Virus record (IMG/VR): IMGVR_UViG_3300032782_000002
Direction: 5' to 3' (one strand)
Origin: a virus
Lineage: Duplodnaviria; Caudoviricetes
Length of the DNA stretch: 64,000 nucleotides
Below are positions 19,658 to 30,323 of this stretch, piece by piece. A program made the translations under genes and the position numbers. Numbering within the stretch: the stretch's first letter is position 1; each line of letters begins with the position of its first letter. Below the pieces are notes generated by a model that did no database searches, was not told the origin of the DNA, and saw only the letters and a program-made list of their open reading frames with translations.

Positions 19658-19963
19658 ATGTCTGCCTGCCTGTCCGTCGGCTCGACGTCGAACGTCATGG
19701 TCGACCTCACGCCGGGCTACTGGGTCCTGCAGCCGGGACGGGCCGGCAGCCCCATCCAGCAGCTGACCGGCGGGGTCGAGGGCAGCGGCGCCATCGCCGC
19801 CCCCTCCGGCGCTACGGCGGCCGCTGCGGGCCTCGCCGCGCTCAGCAGCGCCCTGGTTGTCAAGATGGCCGGCGGAGGCGCCCTGGCCATGCTGGCGGCC
19901 GCCGCGGGCGTGCCGCTCGCCATCTTCGGCCTGATCTACCTGGCCGAGCGCAACAAATCGTAG
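19658..19963 (+). CDS. Small membrane protein
   Basis: Hydrophobic Ala/Gly-rich C-terminal half. Confidence 0.5.
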   Translation: MSACLSVGSTSNVMVDLTPGYWVLQPGRAGSPIQQLTGGVEGSGAIAAPSGATAAAAGLAALSSALVVKMAGGGALAMLAAAAGVPLAIFGLIYLAERNKS

Positions 19964-19964
19964 G

Positions 19965-20690
19965 TCACGCCGCTGCGAGGCGCGCCGGAGCCAGGTCCAG
20001 GCGGCACATCGCGCGCAGCACGCCCCCGAGCTTGTCGGAGAAGGCGTGATCGGGGTCCACTCCGCCGATCCCGGGGAGTGAGATCTGCAGGCTCTGACGG
20101 CAGCACACGCTGCGCTTCGAGACATCCCACGGACCGTAGGCGCCCCAGTAGCGATTGACGTCGGGGATCAGGTACTCCTGGCTCGGCGACAAGCCGGGGT
20201 CGAAGCCCTCGTAGATGACCGGCGTGCCGCCGACGCGCACCCCGTTCGGCCCGCACCAGGCCGTCGCGTGCGCAAACATCGCGGGCCCGCCGACCTTGAG
20301 CGACTCGTCGTCCATCGCGATGTGACAGTCGCTCAGGTAGCCGATCCCCTTGGCGTAGTTGCCCGCACACAGCCCGTCCTCGGCGCCCTGCTCGGCCGAG
20401 GGCATCCAGAGCCCCTTGCGGCAGTGCTGCACGAGCATCACGCAGAGCCCCGCATCGCAGAGCGCGCGCAGGCGGTCGGCGTTCATGTCCCAGGCGGAGC
20501 GGTTGCCCGGCAGGGGCACGTAGCCCCAGACGAACTTGATCAGCTGGCCGTTGGGCAGACGCGTCTTGAGCAGCGCCTGGATCTGCGTGTCGTTGTACTC
20601 GCCGGCCAGCACGCTGTCGATCCCCCAGCAGTCGGGCAGATCGATCGAACCGTAGGTCGGCGTCGTGATGTCGGGTGCGGGCGAGACCAT
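19965..20690 (-). CDS. DUF1906/Rv2525c-like (GH25-related) putative peptidoglycan hydrolase
   Basis: WGIDS, FVWGYV, LCDAGLCVMLVQ, GAEDG, IAMDDE, VDPD; GGAGG RBS. Confidence 0.65.
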   Translation of the reverse strand: MVSPAPDITTPTYGSIDLPDCWGIDSVLAGEYNDTQIQALLKTRLPNGQLIKFVWGYVPLPGNRSAWDMNADRLRALCDAGLCVMLVQHCRKGLWMPSAEQGAEDGLCAGNYAKGIGYLSDCHIAMDDESLKVGGPAMFAHATAWCGPNGVRVGGTPVIYEGFDPGLSPSQEYLIPDVNRYWGAYGPWDVSKRSVCCRQSLQISLPGIGGVDPDHAFSDKLGGVLRAMCRLDLAPARLAAA

Positions 20691-20699
20691 GAAAACCTC

Positions 20700-20948
20700 C
20701 TAGCGAGAGCGGCGCGTGCGCGAAGCGTGCGGTCGCAGGTTGCGCAGCGTCCGACGCCCCGCCAGATGCTCCTCGATGAGCCACATCGCACGGAGCGTAG
20801 CTTCCGGACGGGTACGCCCTGACGTTACATCGAGAACCTTGCTGTCGCGAAAGACGGCCGCCTCGTACATGCGTGTGCCGCGATGCGAGGTGAGGTTCGT
20901 GCGGATGACGAACTCGCGATACGGCTCGTGCTTGACGCGTGTGCTCAT
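20700..20948 (-). CDS. Hypothetical protein
   Basis: Packed ORF. Confidence 0.5.
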   Translation of the reverse strand: MSTRVKHEPYREFVIRTNLTSHRGTRMYEAAVFRDSKVLDVTSGRTRPEATLRAMWLIEEHLAGRRTLRNLRPHASRTRRSR

Positions 20949-21376
20949 CCGCTGCCTCGCACCGTGATGGTCGACGTCTGGGGCCGACCCTGGTTGTCTG
21001 ACCAGCTCACCGTCAGCTTGGCGACGCCGGCCTGCATCGGCTGGCGCATGCGCAGCAGCTGGCCGCCACGTGCGTCGGGCTCGGCCAGATAGCCCTGGCG
21101 ACCGGGCATGACCGCGTCGTTGTCGGAGGCGACGCTCGCGAAGGTGCCCTTGACGTAGAGATCGAGGAAGTTCGCGGGCATGGTCGCATCGGTGCCGAGA
21201 TCGACCTCACCGACGGAGCCGGGAAGCACGGAGACCTCGGTTGAGCCGCCGTGGCCGGGGACTGTCGGGGCCATGCCGGGGGCCGCGGTGTAGTAGCGCC
21301 GAACGGGCGCGACGACGCGCGTCTCCCACCAGTAGAGACCGACCACCACGACACCTGCAACGAGCCACTCGATCAT
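20945..21376 (-). CDS. N-terminally anchored small beta-domain protein
   Basis: MIEWLVAGVVVVGLYWW signal-anchor. Confidence 0.6.
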   Translation of the reverse strand: MIEWLVAGVVVVGLYWWETRVVAPVRRYYTAAPGMAPTVPGHGGSTEVSVLPGSVGEVDLGTDATMPANFLDLYVKGTFASVASDNDAVMPGRQGYLAEPDARGGQLLRMRQPMQAGVAKLTVSWSDNQGRPQTSTITVRGSG

Positions 21377-21654
21377 CGCCACCACGTCTCCTGGCGCTCG
21401 CGGCTCTCGCGCTTCGCGCGCGCCACCGCCTCGTAGCGCCCCTTGAGCAGCTGTATGCGCGCGCGAAGACGCTCCACCTCGGCGAGGGCTCGCTGCGCCT
21501 CCGCGGGCGGCGCCCGGCGCGCGTAGTTGAGCAGCGGCTGGATCTCGTCCTGGTACTGCTCCATCTTGGCGTCGAGCTGCGCGAGCACGCCCTGGTAGCG
21601 CTCTTGGGTCGCGTCCCCGTGACGCGACGTGCGGGTGGCACGACGCGAGCGCAT
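21373..21654 (-). CDS. Coiled-coil hypothetical protein
   Basis: Overlapping start/stop with neighbours. Confidence 0.5.
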   Translation of the reverse strand: MRSRRATRTSRHGDATQERYQGVLAQLDAKMEQYQDEIQPLLNYARRAPPAEAQRALAEVERLRARIQLLKGRYEAVARAKRESRERQETWWR

Positions 21655-22259
21655 CACCGCACGTGGTGGCTGACCTTGCCAAAGCGCAGCTTGCAGCCCG
21701 GGTAGGCCCTCTTGGCCGCGTCGCGGATCGCCTTGGCGCTGGAGCCGCGCCACCAGCGGTACTCCTCGGTGCCCTTGTCGGGGTTCTCGATGAGCACCAT
21801 CATGCGCTTGTAGGTGCGCGGCCCGTACACGGGAGTGCCCATGCGCGAGTCGCCATGACGACGGCGGCGCGTGCCGATGCGACTCTCCATGACGTGACGA
21901 ATGCGCTCTTCGTGTGCCGCGGCCGACATGCGCTCCATCGCCAGTCTCTCCTCGCCGCGCAGATGACTCACCCACCCGATCGACGCGGGGCGCGACACGT
22001 GGACCTGCGGCCAGCGCACACCGAGCTGCTTGCGCCAGTTGCGCATGTAGCGGGCCAGCTCTGCGGCGGGCATCGCCAGATCCTTGCCGCGACCGTGCCA
22101 TGTCGCTCCCTGACGGTCTGGCGAGAAGACCATGAAGCTGCTGCACCGCCCTGCGCGCATCTCCTTGTAGCCGCGCTTGATGAGCGCGATCGGCGCGCCA
22201 CTCTCGGTACGCAGCAGGTTGCCGCCATACGAGTAGTAGTGGATCTGAAACGCAGCCAT
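21654..22259 (-). CDS. Basic hypothetical protein
   Basis: MAAFQIHYY start with GAGG RBS. Confidence 0.5.
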   Translation of the reverse strand: MAAFQIHYYSYGGNLLRTESGAPIALIKRGYKEMRAGRCSSFMVFSPDRQGATWHGRGKDLAMPAAELARYMRNWRKQLGVRWPQVHVSRPASIGWVSHLRGEERLAMERMSAAAHEERIRHVMESRIGTRRRRHGDSRMGTPVYGPRTYKRMMVLIENPDKGTEEYRWWRGSSAKAIRDAAKRAYPGCKLRFGKVSHHVR

Positions 22260-22348
22260 CGAAGCCTCTTGCCGCAGAGCGTACCACCTGACCGCCCACC
22301 CGGACAACGCGACTCGGCAGCTCGTGTCAATCAAAAACGTATCAAGAA

Positions 22349-22624
22349 TTACTGGATGCCGCGCGCGACCATCGACGCGTCTTCGATAGCCGCCATGCGT
22401 GATTCGTCATCCGCCGCTGCGATCCGATCGATGGCGCTCTTGAGCGTCTGCTGGTTCACGAGCAGATCGGTGCAGCGCGTCTGCACGGCCGACAGGTTGT
22501 TGACGGCCTGCTCGTAGTCGCCGAGCAGCTTGAGCACCATGTGCGCCAGATACGACGCGTCGTCGACCTGCCGCCGCCCCTTGAGGACGTCGGCGGCGCG
22601 CTCGCGCACCTCGTTGGGGCTCAC
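22349..22624 (-). CDS. Hypothetical protein
   Basis: Packed helical ORF. Confidence 0.55.
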   Translation of the reverse strand: MSPNEVRERAADVLKGRRQVDDASYLAHMVLKLLGDYEQAVNNLSAVQTRCTDLLVNQQTLKSAIDRIAAADDESRMAAIEDASMVARGIQ

Positions 22625-22837
22625 GTCTCGGGCGCCCCGCGACGCCGGCCGAACATCACGTAGTGCTCGATGGCCACGACAACGGCGTCGTCGGACATGA
22701 TCCCGATGGCCTCGTCGTCGAGCGACACCGCGATCAGCTCCCCCAGCGACAAGTCGGGGCGCTTGTCCCAGGCCACCGCGATCCGCCCCAGGATGTTGGC
22801 GCGGTGATTCTCCATCTTCATGGTGGAGCCCACGGCG

Positions 22838-23902
22838 CTACTCCGGGAGAAGTCGGGGGAGCAGCCAGTCGTAGACGATCGCCCAGACGATCGGGATCGC
22901 GATAACGCCCACGATGATCGCCAGCGGCCAGGAGGCGCCGACCATCCGCGACACGAAGATGGCCCCTACCGGGACAAGCAGGGGCGCCGTGGGAATCAGT
23001 CCGCTGTAGACGCTCGCCATACCCCGAGTGTAGCTCAGCTCTTGGCGTAGTACGCGTCTCTTCCGATTCCGAGCAGGTAGGCGAACGAGAACGCGCCCAT
23101 CGCGGACGCCCCGATGACAGGCCACGAGGCCCCGAGTGCGAATGCGATGCTGCCGCCGAACATGCCAATCACGATCGGCGTGACGAGCGACGCCGAGATG
23201 TACGGATTGAGCACGCCCTGGCCCTGAAAGGGGCTCACCGGCTCGATGACCCCCACCTGCTGCCGGCGCGGCACGAGGTAGAGCGCCGAGGCCACTACAG
23301 GCTCCAGCCGTGCAGGTAGACGAAGGCCCAGGCCACGATGGCGATGGTGCCGACGACGAAGAGCGGCACGCCGACGAAGTACCCGAAGGCGGCCGCGGCG
23401 ACGCCGATGCCGATGGAAGCAGCCATGCTGCCGAAGGTGACTGGCGGCAGCGCGCCCACGTGGATGTGGATGAGCGGGGTCATGGTCCGTAGGCAATGAT
23501 AGCAGTGGTATCGGGCGCCGCGCTCTGCAGATCGAGCACGCCGAACGCGACGCTCTCCTTGTAGACGGCCACGATCTGACCCTGAGGCTTGGTCAGGTTG
23601 AGGGTGATGCCGACTCCCGGCAGCGCCTGCGAGACGTCCACGGGCTCGCCGTCGAGCGTCATGCTGATGAAGTACGGCTGCGGCGCCACGACGGCGTTGC
23701 CGACTTTGAAGCCGCTGCCTTGTGTAGTCGTCGGCAGCATCAGCGTGATCTGGGGCCGCAGGCCGGTCGTATGCACGGTCACGTGGTGCGTGCCGAAACC
23801 GCTCGGCAGCTCCAGCCCGATACTGGCAAGCCCCTTGGCACGGAGCCACAACGCGGCGCCCACGCTGACCAGCGCCATGACGGCGAAGAGCGGCCAGGTC
23901 AC
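22838..23902 (-). CDS. Run of four small membrane proteins (22838-23020, 23035-23295, 23295-23483, 23480-23902)
   Basis: Tightly packed ORFs with 1-2 TM helices; two share a GASWP motif. Confidence 0.55.
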
Positions 23903-23909
23903 GGCGAGG

Positions 23910-24251
23910 CTACTTCCGGTGGAGCGCGACGTGGTGCGCGCCGTCGAGCGGGATGGGGCACTGCGCGACGGTACCCCCGTTGAAGAGGCAGTCGAGCCAC
24001 GCCGGCCGGACGTCGGATTCGTACTCGCCGAGGACCGCAGCAAGACCGCTGTCGTCGGGGGCGAGCAAGCCCGCCTCGACCAGCTCCCCGTAGACGGTGA
24101 CGGCGACGGCGCTTGCGTCCAGGGAAGGCGGGGGAGGCGGCGGAGGCCCGGCGTCAGGAGTCGGCGTCGGCGAGGGCTGGCACGAAGCGCAGCCCGCACC
24201 GACGAACGAGATGGCCGTAGCGGCCACCAGGATGAACGCGCCCAGACGCAT
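23910..24251 (-). CDS. Putative lipoprotein
   Basis: MRLGAFILVAATAISFVGAGC signal with lipobox-like Cys; Pro-rich linker. Confidence 0.55.
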   Translation of the reverse strand: MRLGAFILVAATAISFVGAGCASCQPSPTPTPDAGPPPPPPPSLDASAVAVTVYGELVEAGLLAPDDSGLAAVLGEYESDVRPAWLDCLFNGGTVAQCPIPLDGAHHVALHRK

Positions 24252-25267
24252 CACGGCTGCCCGAAGCCGGCCGCCAGGCCCGCATTGGCCGCTGCGATGG
24301 CCTGCGAGCGGGTGAGCAGGAGGTGGCCGCGGTTGATGCCGGCGGCCGCCCACTGCTCGGCCTGCGCGAGGGTGGCGGTGGTGGTCGGCGTCGGCGAGGG
24401 CGACGGCGAGGGCGACGGAGGCACCGGGAGGTTGCCGCCGAAGTAGAGGTTGAAGGCCGTGATGAGCGCGGCGGCGTTGACGCCACTCGGGGCGTTGCCG
24501 GATGCCTTGTTCACCCAGTCCATGTTGACGCGCACCGCGGCGCCGCCGCCCTGCGAGGGCACCATCCAGGCGGCGAGCGCCGCCCAGGTGATGAGGCCCA
24601 TCATGCCCCAGGTCGTGACGATGACGCCCTGCTCGGTCACATCGACGGCCTGGATCTGCTTCGGGTTGTAGCCGGCAGCGCCGATGCAATGCCCCGAGGC
24701 ACTGTTGGGCGAGCCGGCCGTCACGTCCCAGACGAAGCCGGGGCCGAGCGATGACATGCTCTGGATGATGGCGTCGGGGATGCCGAACCAGAGCTTGAGG
24801 TTGCCGAACTCCGAGAGCGCGAGGCGCACGAGCGCCTGGCTCGACGCGTCCACCAGCATCCAGCCGGCGTCCTTGGAGCCGTCGGCGTAGCCCTTCTGGA
24901 CGCGCCAGTTGAGGTCCGCGATCGGGTCGGTGCCCTGATCGCTGTTCGGATTGCTGGGGTTGAAGCCGGTGAGCGCGGCGTAGTCCGCCAGGGTCTGCGC
25001 GCGCGAGTACGCGTAGAGCGCGTTGGCGTTGCCCGTCAGGATGGCGAGGTAGTGCGCGTCCTCGGCCATGACACAGTCGCCGTACTGATCGTTGCCCTCG
25101 ATGTCGGTGATGACGGACATCGCAGGGCCCGACCAGTCGATGCTCGCGGGCGTCGAGGGCGGCGCGTCGCTCTTCAGGAACCAGTGGAGCTTGGGGGCGT
25201 GGAGCAGCGCGTGCTCCGAGGGCAGCTTGCAGGCGCCGACGACGCGGCCGTGGACGAGACGGGGCAT
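24251..25267 (-). CDS. Papain-like cysteine peptidase
   Basis: GNDQYGDCVMA (Cys), GHCIG (His), VIVTTWG. Confidence 0.7.
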   Translation of the reverse strand: MPRLVHGRVVGACKLPSEHALLHAPKLHWFLKSDAPPSTPASIDWSGPAMSVITDIEGNDQYGDCVMAEDAHYLAILTGNANALYAYSRAQTLADYAALTGFNPSNPNSDQGTDPIADLNWRVQKGYADGSKDAGWMLVDASSQALVRLALSEFGNLKLWFGIPDAIIQSMSSLGPGFVWDVTAGSPNSASGHCIGAAGYNPKQIQAVDVTEQGVIVTTWGMMGLITWAALAAWMVPSQGGGAAVRVNMDWVNKASGNAPSGVNAAALITAFNLYFGGNLPVPPSPSPSPSPTPTTTATLAQAEQWAAAGINRGHLLLTRSQAIAAANAGLAAGFGQP

Positions 25268-25277
25268 GACGGATCTC

Positions 25278-26042
25278 CTACTTGGCCGGGGCCGGGGTGA
25301 GCGGGTGGCCCATGCGGTACGCCTGGGCGTTCTTCTGGGCCGCGGGCGACATCAGGCCCGTGGTCATCAGCAGCGTGATGGCGGCGTTGATGATCCCGGC
25401 CACGTCGGCGCAGATCGCATCGGTCTGCGCGGTGCCCCCGAGGTCGGCGCACACGTCGCTGGCGATCTGCGTGTCGGTCTTGCCGGCTTCGAGGTCGGTC
25501 AGCACGGTCTGCTCGACGGCATTGAGCGTCGGGAAGAGCGCCTTGCTGCAGGCGAGCGTCGGGCCGAGCAGCGCGAAGACGAGGACGATCGCGGTGGCCG
25601 CCTTGGCCGCCGCAGCTGCCGCCGCCTTGAGAGCGTCACGGCGCATCTGCGTGAGGGTCGCGTGCACGTGCATCACGGCGCTCGGTGCCGCACCCGCGAT
25701 GAGCGCACCGACCGCCGCCATGATCCCGTAGAAGATGGCCGAACCGGTCAGCGATACGGGCGTCTGCGACGTGATGTAGCCGAGAAAGCCGCCGAGCGCG
25801 GTGGCGATCATCGTCACGTCGGGCAGCCACGCCTTGGGGGCGATCCAGCGACCGAGGACGGTGCCGGTCTGGATCCAGTTGTTGAGGATCCCGAGGACCA
25901 TCGAGAGCGCCATCACGATGCCGAGCGTCGGCGTCAGCGTGGGTGCCGGTCCGGGAGTCGGATTCTGGGCGAACGCCGTGGCGGCGAAGGTGACCATGGC
26001 CAAGGCGACCATGGCCGCAAACATGCGGGTGCGCGTCTTCAT
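25278..26042 (-). CDS. Signal-peptide, multi-TM membrane protein (holin-like) with internal lipobox-like motif
   Basis: AFA signal cleavage, 3-4 TM helices, LGPTLAC. Confidence 0.6.
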   Translation of the reverse strand: MKTRTRMFAAMVALAMVTFAATAFAQNPTPGPAPTLTPTLGIVMALSMVLGILNNWIQTGTVLGRWIAPKAWLPDVTMIATALGGFLGYITSQTPVSLTGSAIFYGIMAAVGALIAGAAPSAVMHVHATLTQMRRDALKAAAAAAAKAATAIVLVFALLGPTLACSKALFPTLNAVEQTVLTDLEAGKTDTQIASDVCADLGGTAQTDAICADVAGIINAAITLLMTTGLMSPAAQKNAQAYRMGHPLTPAPAK

Positions 26043-26176
26043 GCGCGGCAGTCTACCGCATCAGCTCGGCCAATGCAGCGAGCACACTGCTCGTCGCATA
26101 TCAACTTATATCAACACGATCCCCTGAGGGACAGGGAGCCGCGTGTCGGGCGAGGGCCAGCGACTATGGCGCCCGG

Positions 26177-26419
26177 CTAGCCATGCCTGATGATCCGCGC
26201 AACCTCCCGGTCGTTCGCCGCCCGGGTCCTCCGTCCCATCGGAAGCTTCTGCCCTTCCCGACGAAGGATCTGCATGATCGGACGAGCGCGCGGCGGGATG
26301 TCGCGCAAGAACCGCTTGAACTCCGCCGGGGTGAGCGACCCAAGAAAGCGCAGGAGTACAACCGCCTCGTGGACGCTCTTGCCAGCCTGTTTGAGCGCGG
26401 CGCGCGGGATCCGGGTCAT
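26177..26419 (-). CDS. Hypothetical protein
   Basis: GGAGGG RBS. Confidence 0.5.
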   Translation of the reverse strand: MTRIPRAALKQAGKSVHEAVVLLRFLGSLTPAEFKRFLRDIPPRARPIMQILRREGQKLPMGRRTRAANDREVARIIRHG

Positions 26420-26693
26420 GATGACACCCTCCTTGCCTTACGGCCCTACGCGGCGGCGCGGCGATCGGCAGGCAGCGCGCGCGCGGCGAGCGCGGAGGCA
26501 ACCGGGTCGACGACGTCGACGTTCTCGGAGCCGCAGGTCGGGCACACGTCGCCGAAGGCGGGGACGTCACCGGGCCGCTCGCGGAAGAACCTGGAACGCG
26601 ACCCACGATGGTCGCAGCTGCGGCAGTGCGCGTGCATCCGAGACACCATGGTCACTGAGCGTACACGAGCTGTACCGTAGCTACAACGGCCCG

Positions 26694-27332
26694 TTACCAC
26701 TGCTCGAACTTGATCGGGGAGGGCGCAAGGGGAGCGGACGACGAGGCGCGCGGCGCGACCTTGGCCGAGGAAGGCGGGGCCGCGGGGATGGCCGCCAGGG
26801 GCACCGGCGGGATGGCGCTCGCTGCCGGCGGCGGCTTGACCACGACGATGGCGGTGGGCGAGCCGTCCGGCGACACAGAGGGGACGAGGGTAATCTGGCT
26901 CTGCGTCGCCTCGGTCTCGGTCTGCCGCGCGGCCACCTGGGTCGCGGTCTGCTGCAGGGTCTTCTGGGCCGCGATCACGTCGTCGAGGCGCTCCTCCACA
27001 GCGGCCATGCGCAGCGTCGTGTGCACCTGCACGCCGACCATCAGGGCCATGAAGGCCAGCAGAATCACGCCGCCACGCCAGGCGTTTCGCATCAGCTTCA
27101 GGATCTCATCGAGCGGCTCGACGATCTGATCGAGCGCGTCGACCAGACTGCGCTTCTTGGCGACCAGCTCCTCAGTGTCCGCTAGGCTTGCTTGGGAGCC
27201 GCGGGCGGATGGCAGCGAAGGGGGTGTCGACGGCGAGGGGATGGTCGCTGTCGCCGGGTTCTGTCCGGGGGACGGGGACTGCCCGTGGAGCTGACCGGGC
27301 TGCAGGTCGGGGGACTGCGGGTCGTTGGGCAT
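26694..27332 (-). CDS. Single-TM coiled-coil protein, possibly spanin-like
   Basis: TM GVILLAFMALMVGV followed by coiled coil and Pro-rich tail. Confidence 0.55.
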   Translation of the reverse strand: MPNDPQSPDLQPGQLHGQSPSPGQNPATATIPSPSTPPSLPSARGSQASLADTEELVAKKRSLVDALDQIVEPLDEILKLMRNAWRGGVILLAFMALMVGVQVHTTLRMAAVEERLDDVIAAQKTLQQTATQVAARQTETEATQSQITLVPSVSPDGSPTAIVVVKPPPAASAIPPVPLAAIPAAPPSSAKVAPRASSSAPLAPSPIKFEQW

Positions 27333-27584
27333 CGGGGGTCCTCGGCTGGGGAAGCGGGGGCGGCAAGGGGCGCGGCACGTCCGGCTTGACCGGCGCCATC
27401 TCCGGGATGGACGGCATCACGGCAGCTCGGATGTGTACCTCTTCGCGAATCGCGCGCAACCGCGCACGCAGTGCGTCGATCCCCTCCACCGACCGAAGCG
27501 GTTTAGCCCCCTGCACAGCCTGCGCGAAGTCGTCACTCGTGCGTTCGGCTTCCGCGCGACCCTTGCCCGTCAGCGACCAGCCCA

Positions 27585-28028
27585 TCACGCGCCTCCTCGT
27601 GGAACAGGAGCGCCACCCGGGGCCGATCCTCCCGCCGAGGATCCGCTGGGGGGCGTGAATCTACGATAACCCGTCGCGCGGACGGCCTCACGCACTACCT
27701 CGTTCAAGGTGCGCTCCATGGTCTTGGACGCCTCGGTGTTGGCCTTCACCGCCTCGTTGAGGGCATCGGTCGTGCCGACCAGCTCGTTGAGCGCTTCCTT
27801 CAGCTCGACCACCAGATTCGCGCTGGCCTGCGCCATCTCGCGGAACGTGCTGGCCGCCTCCTTCTGATCCTTGATGCGCAGCTCGTTCGCCTTGTTCCAC
27901 TTCACCACGAGCCAGACGATCGCGATGATGAGCAGCACGCACATGGCGCCGACGGCGCCGTACTGCAGCAGCGAGTTGCCGGCGTTGGTGACGGGGCCGT
28001 CGGGCAGCTCGGGGGCGAGCACGATCAC
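27585..28028 (-). CDS. BhlA-like holin candidate
   Basis: LLQYGAVGAMCVLLIIAIVWLV followed by coiled coil. Confidence 0.55.
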   Translation of the reverse strand: MIVLAPELPDGPVTNAGNSLLQYGAVGAMCVLLIIAIVWLVVKWNKANELRIKDQKEAASTFREMAQASANLVVELKEALNELVGTTDALNEAVKANTEASKTMERTLNEVVREAVRATGYRRFTPPSGSSAGGSAPGGAPVPRGGA

Positions 28029-28232
28029 GCCGCATCCTCCTCATCTTCGTCGAGGGCCTCGGAGGCGAAGCCCGACCAATCGAGCGACGACGGGGTCGGC
28101 GGAGGCACGACGACGTCGGTCACGTCATCGAAAGGCGGGGGCGACGGGATTGTCGGGGCCGCGATGGGCGCCGGCAACGTGTCGTCGGGGATCATCGGGC
28201 ACTGCATGGCACAAGCTCTACCGTCTACTGTA

Positions 28233-28613
28233 TCAGGTCGCGGCCCCATGGGCGATCAAGAGCGCCTTGATCCCGATGGCTGCCCATACGATCGCCGCGC
28301 CGACGACGTATTCGAGGAAGTCGCTCATGTTGTCGGCGAAGGTCTGCTCGGGGACTTCGTAGTTGGCGTCGTAGATGAACTCTTTGGGCGCCGCCCAGCC
28401 GATGAGCAGCAGGCCGGTGAAGGCCCCGACGAGCTTGAGATCGGGCAAGCCGGGGATCGTGAAGAGCACGACGATCCCGAGGATGAGACCCGCCCAGCCC
28501 GAGTGCGCCATCGCGGCCAGGTAGTTGGCATTGTTCATCCAGCTGTTGGTGAGCTTCGCCTTGAGCCACCCGAGGATGCGCGACAGCACGGCGGCGCGCC
28601 TACTCCAGCACAC
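28233..28613 (-). CDS. Three-TM membrane protein
   Basis: H..WAG, KEFIYD, DFLEY pattern. Confidence 0.55.
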   Translation of the reverse strand: MCWSRRAAVLSRILGWLKAKLTNSWMNNANYLAAMAHSGWAGLILGIVVLFTIPGLPDLKLVGAFTGLLLIGWAAPKEFIYDANYEVPEQTFADNMSDFLEYVVGAAIVWAAIGIKALLIAHGAAT

Positions 28614-29127
28614 CCTGGAAGCGCTTGAGGCGGTAGTGCGTGCCCGGGATGTGCTTGCGCGCCCAGGCGTGCGCCGCGCGCTCGGTGCGGAACTTACCGC
28701 GCGAGATCGTCGAGAACGGCCCGGTCTTCTCGTGCGGGTGCCACTTGGTGGCGCCCCGACGGGGCTTGGTCAGGATGATCGTGAAGTAGTGGTACATACG
28801 CGGGCGCCGGCTGCTACGGCTGCCGCGAGCGCGGCTGCTGAAGGGGATCCCGGGATGCTGGCGCGAGAGATGCTCGCTCGACGTCATGGGCGTGCCCGTG
28901 TGGGTCGTGCTGACGACACCCCTCTGCATCGACATCTGCAGGAAGCGCGTGAGCGTCGTGCGCAGCAAGCTGGCATCCGGATCGTGACGCTTGGCGCGCC
29001 GCAGATCGCGATCGGCCTCGGCCTCGGTTCTGAAGGGCCCGTTGATGTGATGGACGCCGGCACGATCCCAGTAGCTGGTGCCGTACACGTACGTGTGATG
29101 CGCAGGATGCTTCTTTCTGCCAGCCAT
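28600..29127 (-). CDS. Basic hypothetical protein with duplicated FRTE motif
   Basis: GPFRTEAEA and GKFRTERAA; GAGGAG RBS. Confidence 0.55.
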   Translation of the reverse strand: MAGRKKHPAHHTYVYGTSYWDRAGVHHINGPFRTEAEADRDLRRAKRHDPDASLLRTTLTRFLQMSMQRGVVSTTHTGTPMTSSEHLSRQHPGIPFSSRARGSRSSRRPRMYHYFTIILTKPRRGATKWHPHEKTGPFSTISRGKFRTERAAHAWARKHIPGTHYRLKRFQGVLE

Positions 29128-29414
29128 GGTGTCTCCTCAGCGAGCGCGCGAACGGCGGGTGCGGCCGCCGTAAGCCAGGTAGTGCTGCCGCTTGCGACCC
29201 GACGTCATGTTTTCGATCGCGGCCTTCAGCTCGACGCGGTTCTCGCGGATGAAGGCGCGCTTGCTCACGTCTTGCCCGCTTCGATCCAGCTCGGGCCGCT
29301 GTAGACGGTGCCGATGTTGCCGACGATGACCTCATACTGCGTCCGACGCGCCATGCCCAGAGTCTACTCGGGCTCAGCCCTTGCAGGCAACTACGCGAGT
29401 TGATTGACTTTGTA

Positions 29415-29879
29415 TCAGCGCGCGCTGGCGGAGTCGCTCTGGATGATCTCGACGAACTTCGGGTTGTTGAGCGCGATGGCACCGCGCATACGCCGTACGA
29501 GCGCGATGGCCTGCGGGCGCGAGTAGCCGAGGTTGATCAGCGTGAGGGCCGCCGTCAGGGCGCTGCGGTTCAAGCCCATCTCGCAGGTGAAGAGGGCGTT
29601 GTAGCCGGCGGCGATGTGCTTGGTGGCGTAGGCCGCCGCGCGCTTGATGGACATACGCTGCACGCCGTCGAGGCCCCGGCGGCGATCGTCGGGCACGCCG
29701 GCCAGGATGACGCAGACGCCCGGGAACGTGTAGGCCGGCGGCTGGTAGCTGTCGGCCGCCAGGACGAGCATGGAGTAGCCGGCACGCGCGACCCAGGGTC
29801 CCTGGGGAGGCCGGGGCCCGATGGCGAAGAGCGCCCCGTTGGGCATGCGCACCGCCGTGCCGCGGACCGCGGGGCTCAT
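29415..29879 (-). CDS. Dual-specificity / tyrosine phosphatase
   Basis: FTCEMGLNRSAL (CX5R); ALNNPKF. Confidence 0.85.
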   Translation of the reverse strand: MSPAVRGTAVRMPNGALFAIGPRPPQGPWVARAGYSMLVLAADSYQPPAYTFPGVCVILAGVPDDRRRGLDGVQRMSIKRAAAYATKHIAAGYNALFTCEMGLNRSALTAALTLINLGYSRPQAIALVRRMRGAIALNNPKFVEIIQSDSASAR

Positions 29880-30080
29880 CGAGGCAGCCACACGATCACG
29901 TCGGTGATCTTCGTCTTGTCCAGGCGGTGTAGCCCATCGCGACCACGGACCACGACGTCGTCGTGCCATCCGGTCGGCGTGAACACGCGCACCCGGTAGC
30001 CGGCCTTGTTGGGAATGAGCGCGCGCTCGTGCCCGATCCTGCTGCCTCGCGTGACGGCCATGACTGCTACTCTACCAGCG

Positions 30081-30323
30081 ATGGCCTCGGCTCGCATCCC
30101 TCGCGCCAAGTTGAACGCCGCGGTCCACGCGATGCGGGTCTACCTGGGCAGCCTCGATTACGCGAGCGTGCGGCACCAGCAGCGTCTCTATCAGCATGCC
30201 GTGCGCGCGTGTAATGCCGTGGCGGCTGTTACGGGCATGAGCGATCAGAACGTCTGGATGCAGGTCGAAGCCGAGGCGCGCAGGCAGGGCATCCTCCGGC
30301 CGATCCCGGGGCAGCACATCTAG
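30081..30323 (+). CDS. Hypothetical protein
   Basis: Short ORF filling the gap between minus-strand genes. Confidence 0.45.
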   Translation: MASARIPRAKLNAAVHAMRVYLGSLDYASVRHQQRLYQHAVRACNAVAAVTGMSDQNVWMQVEAEARRQGILRPIPGQHI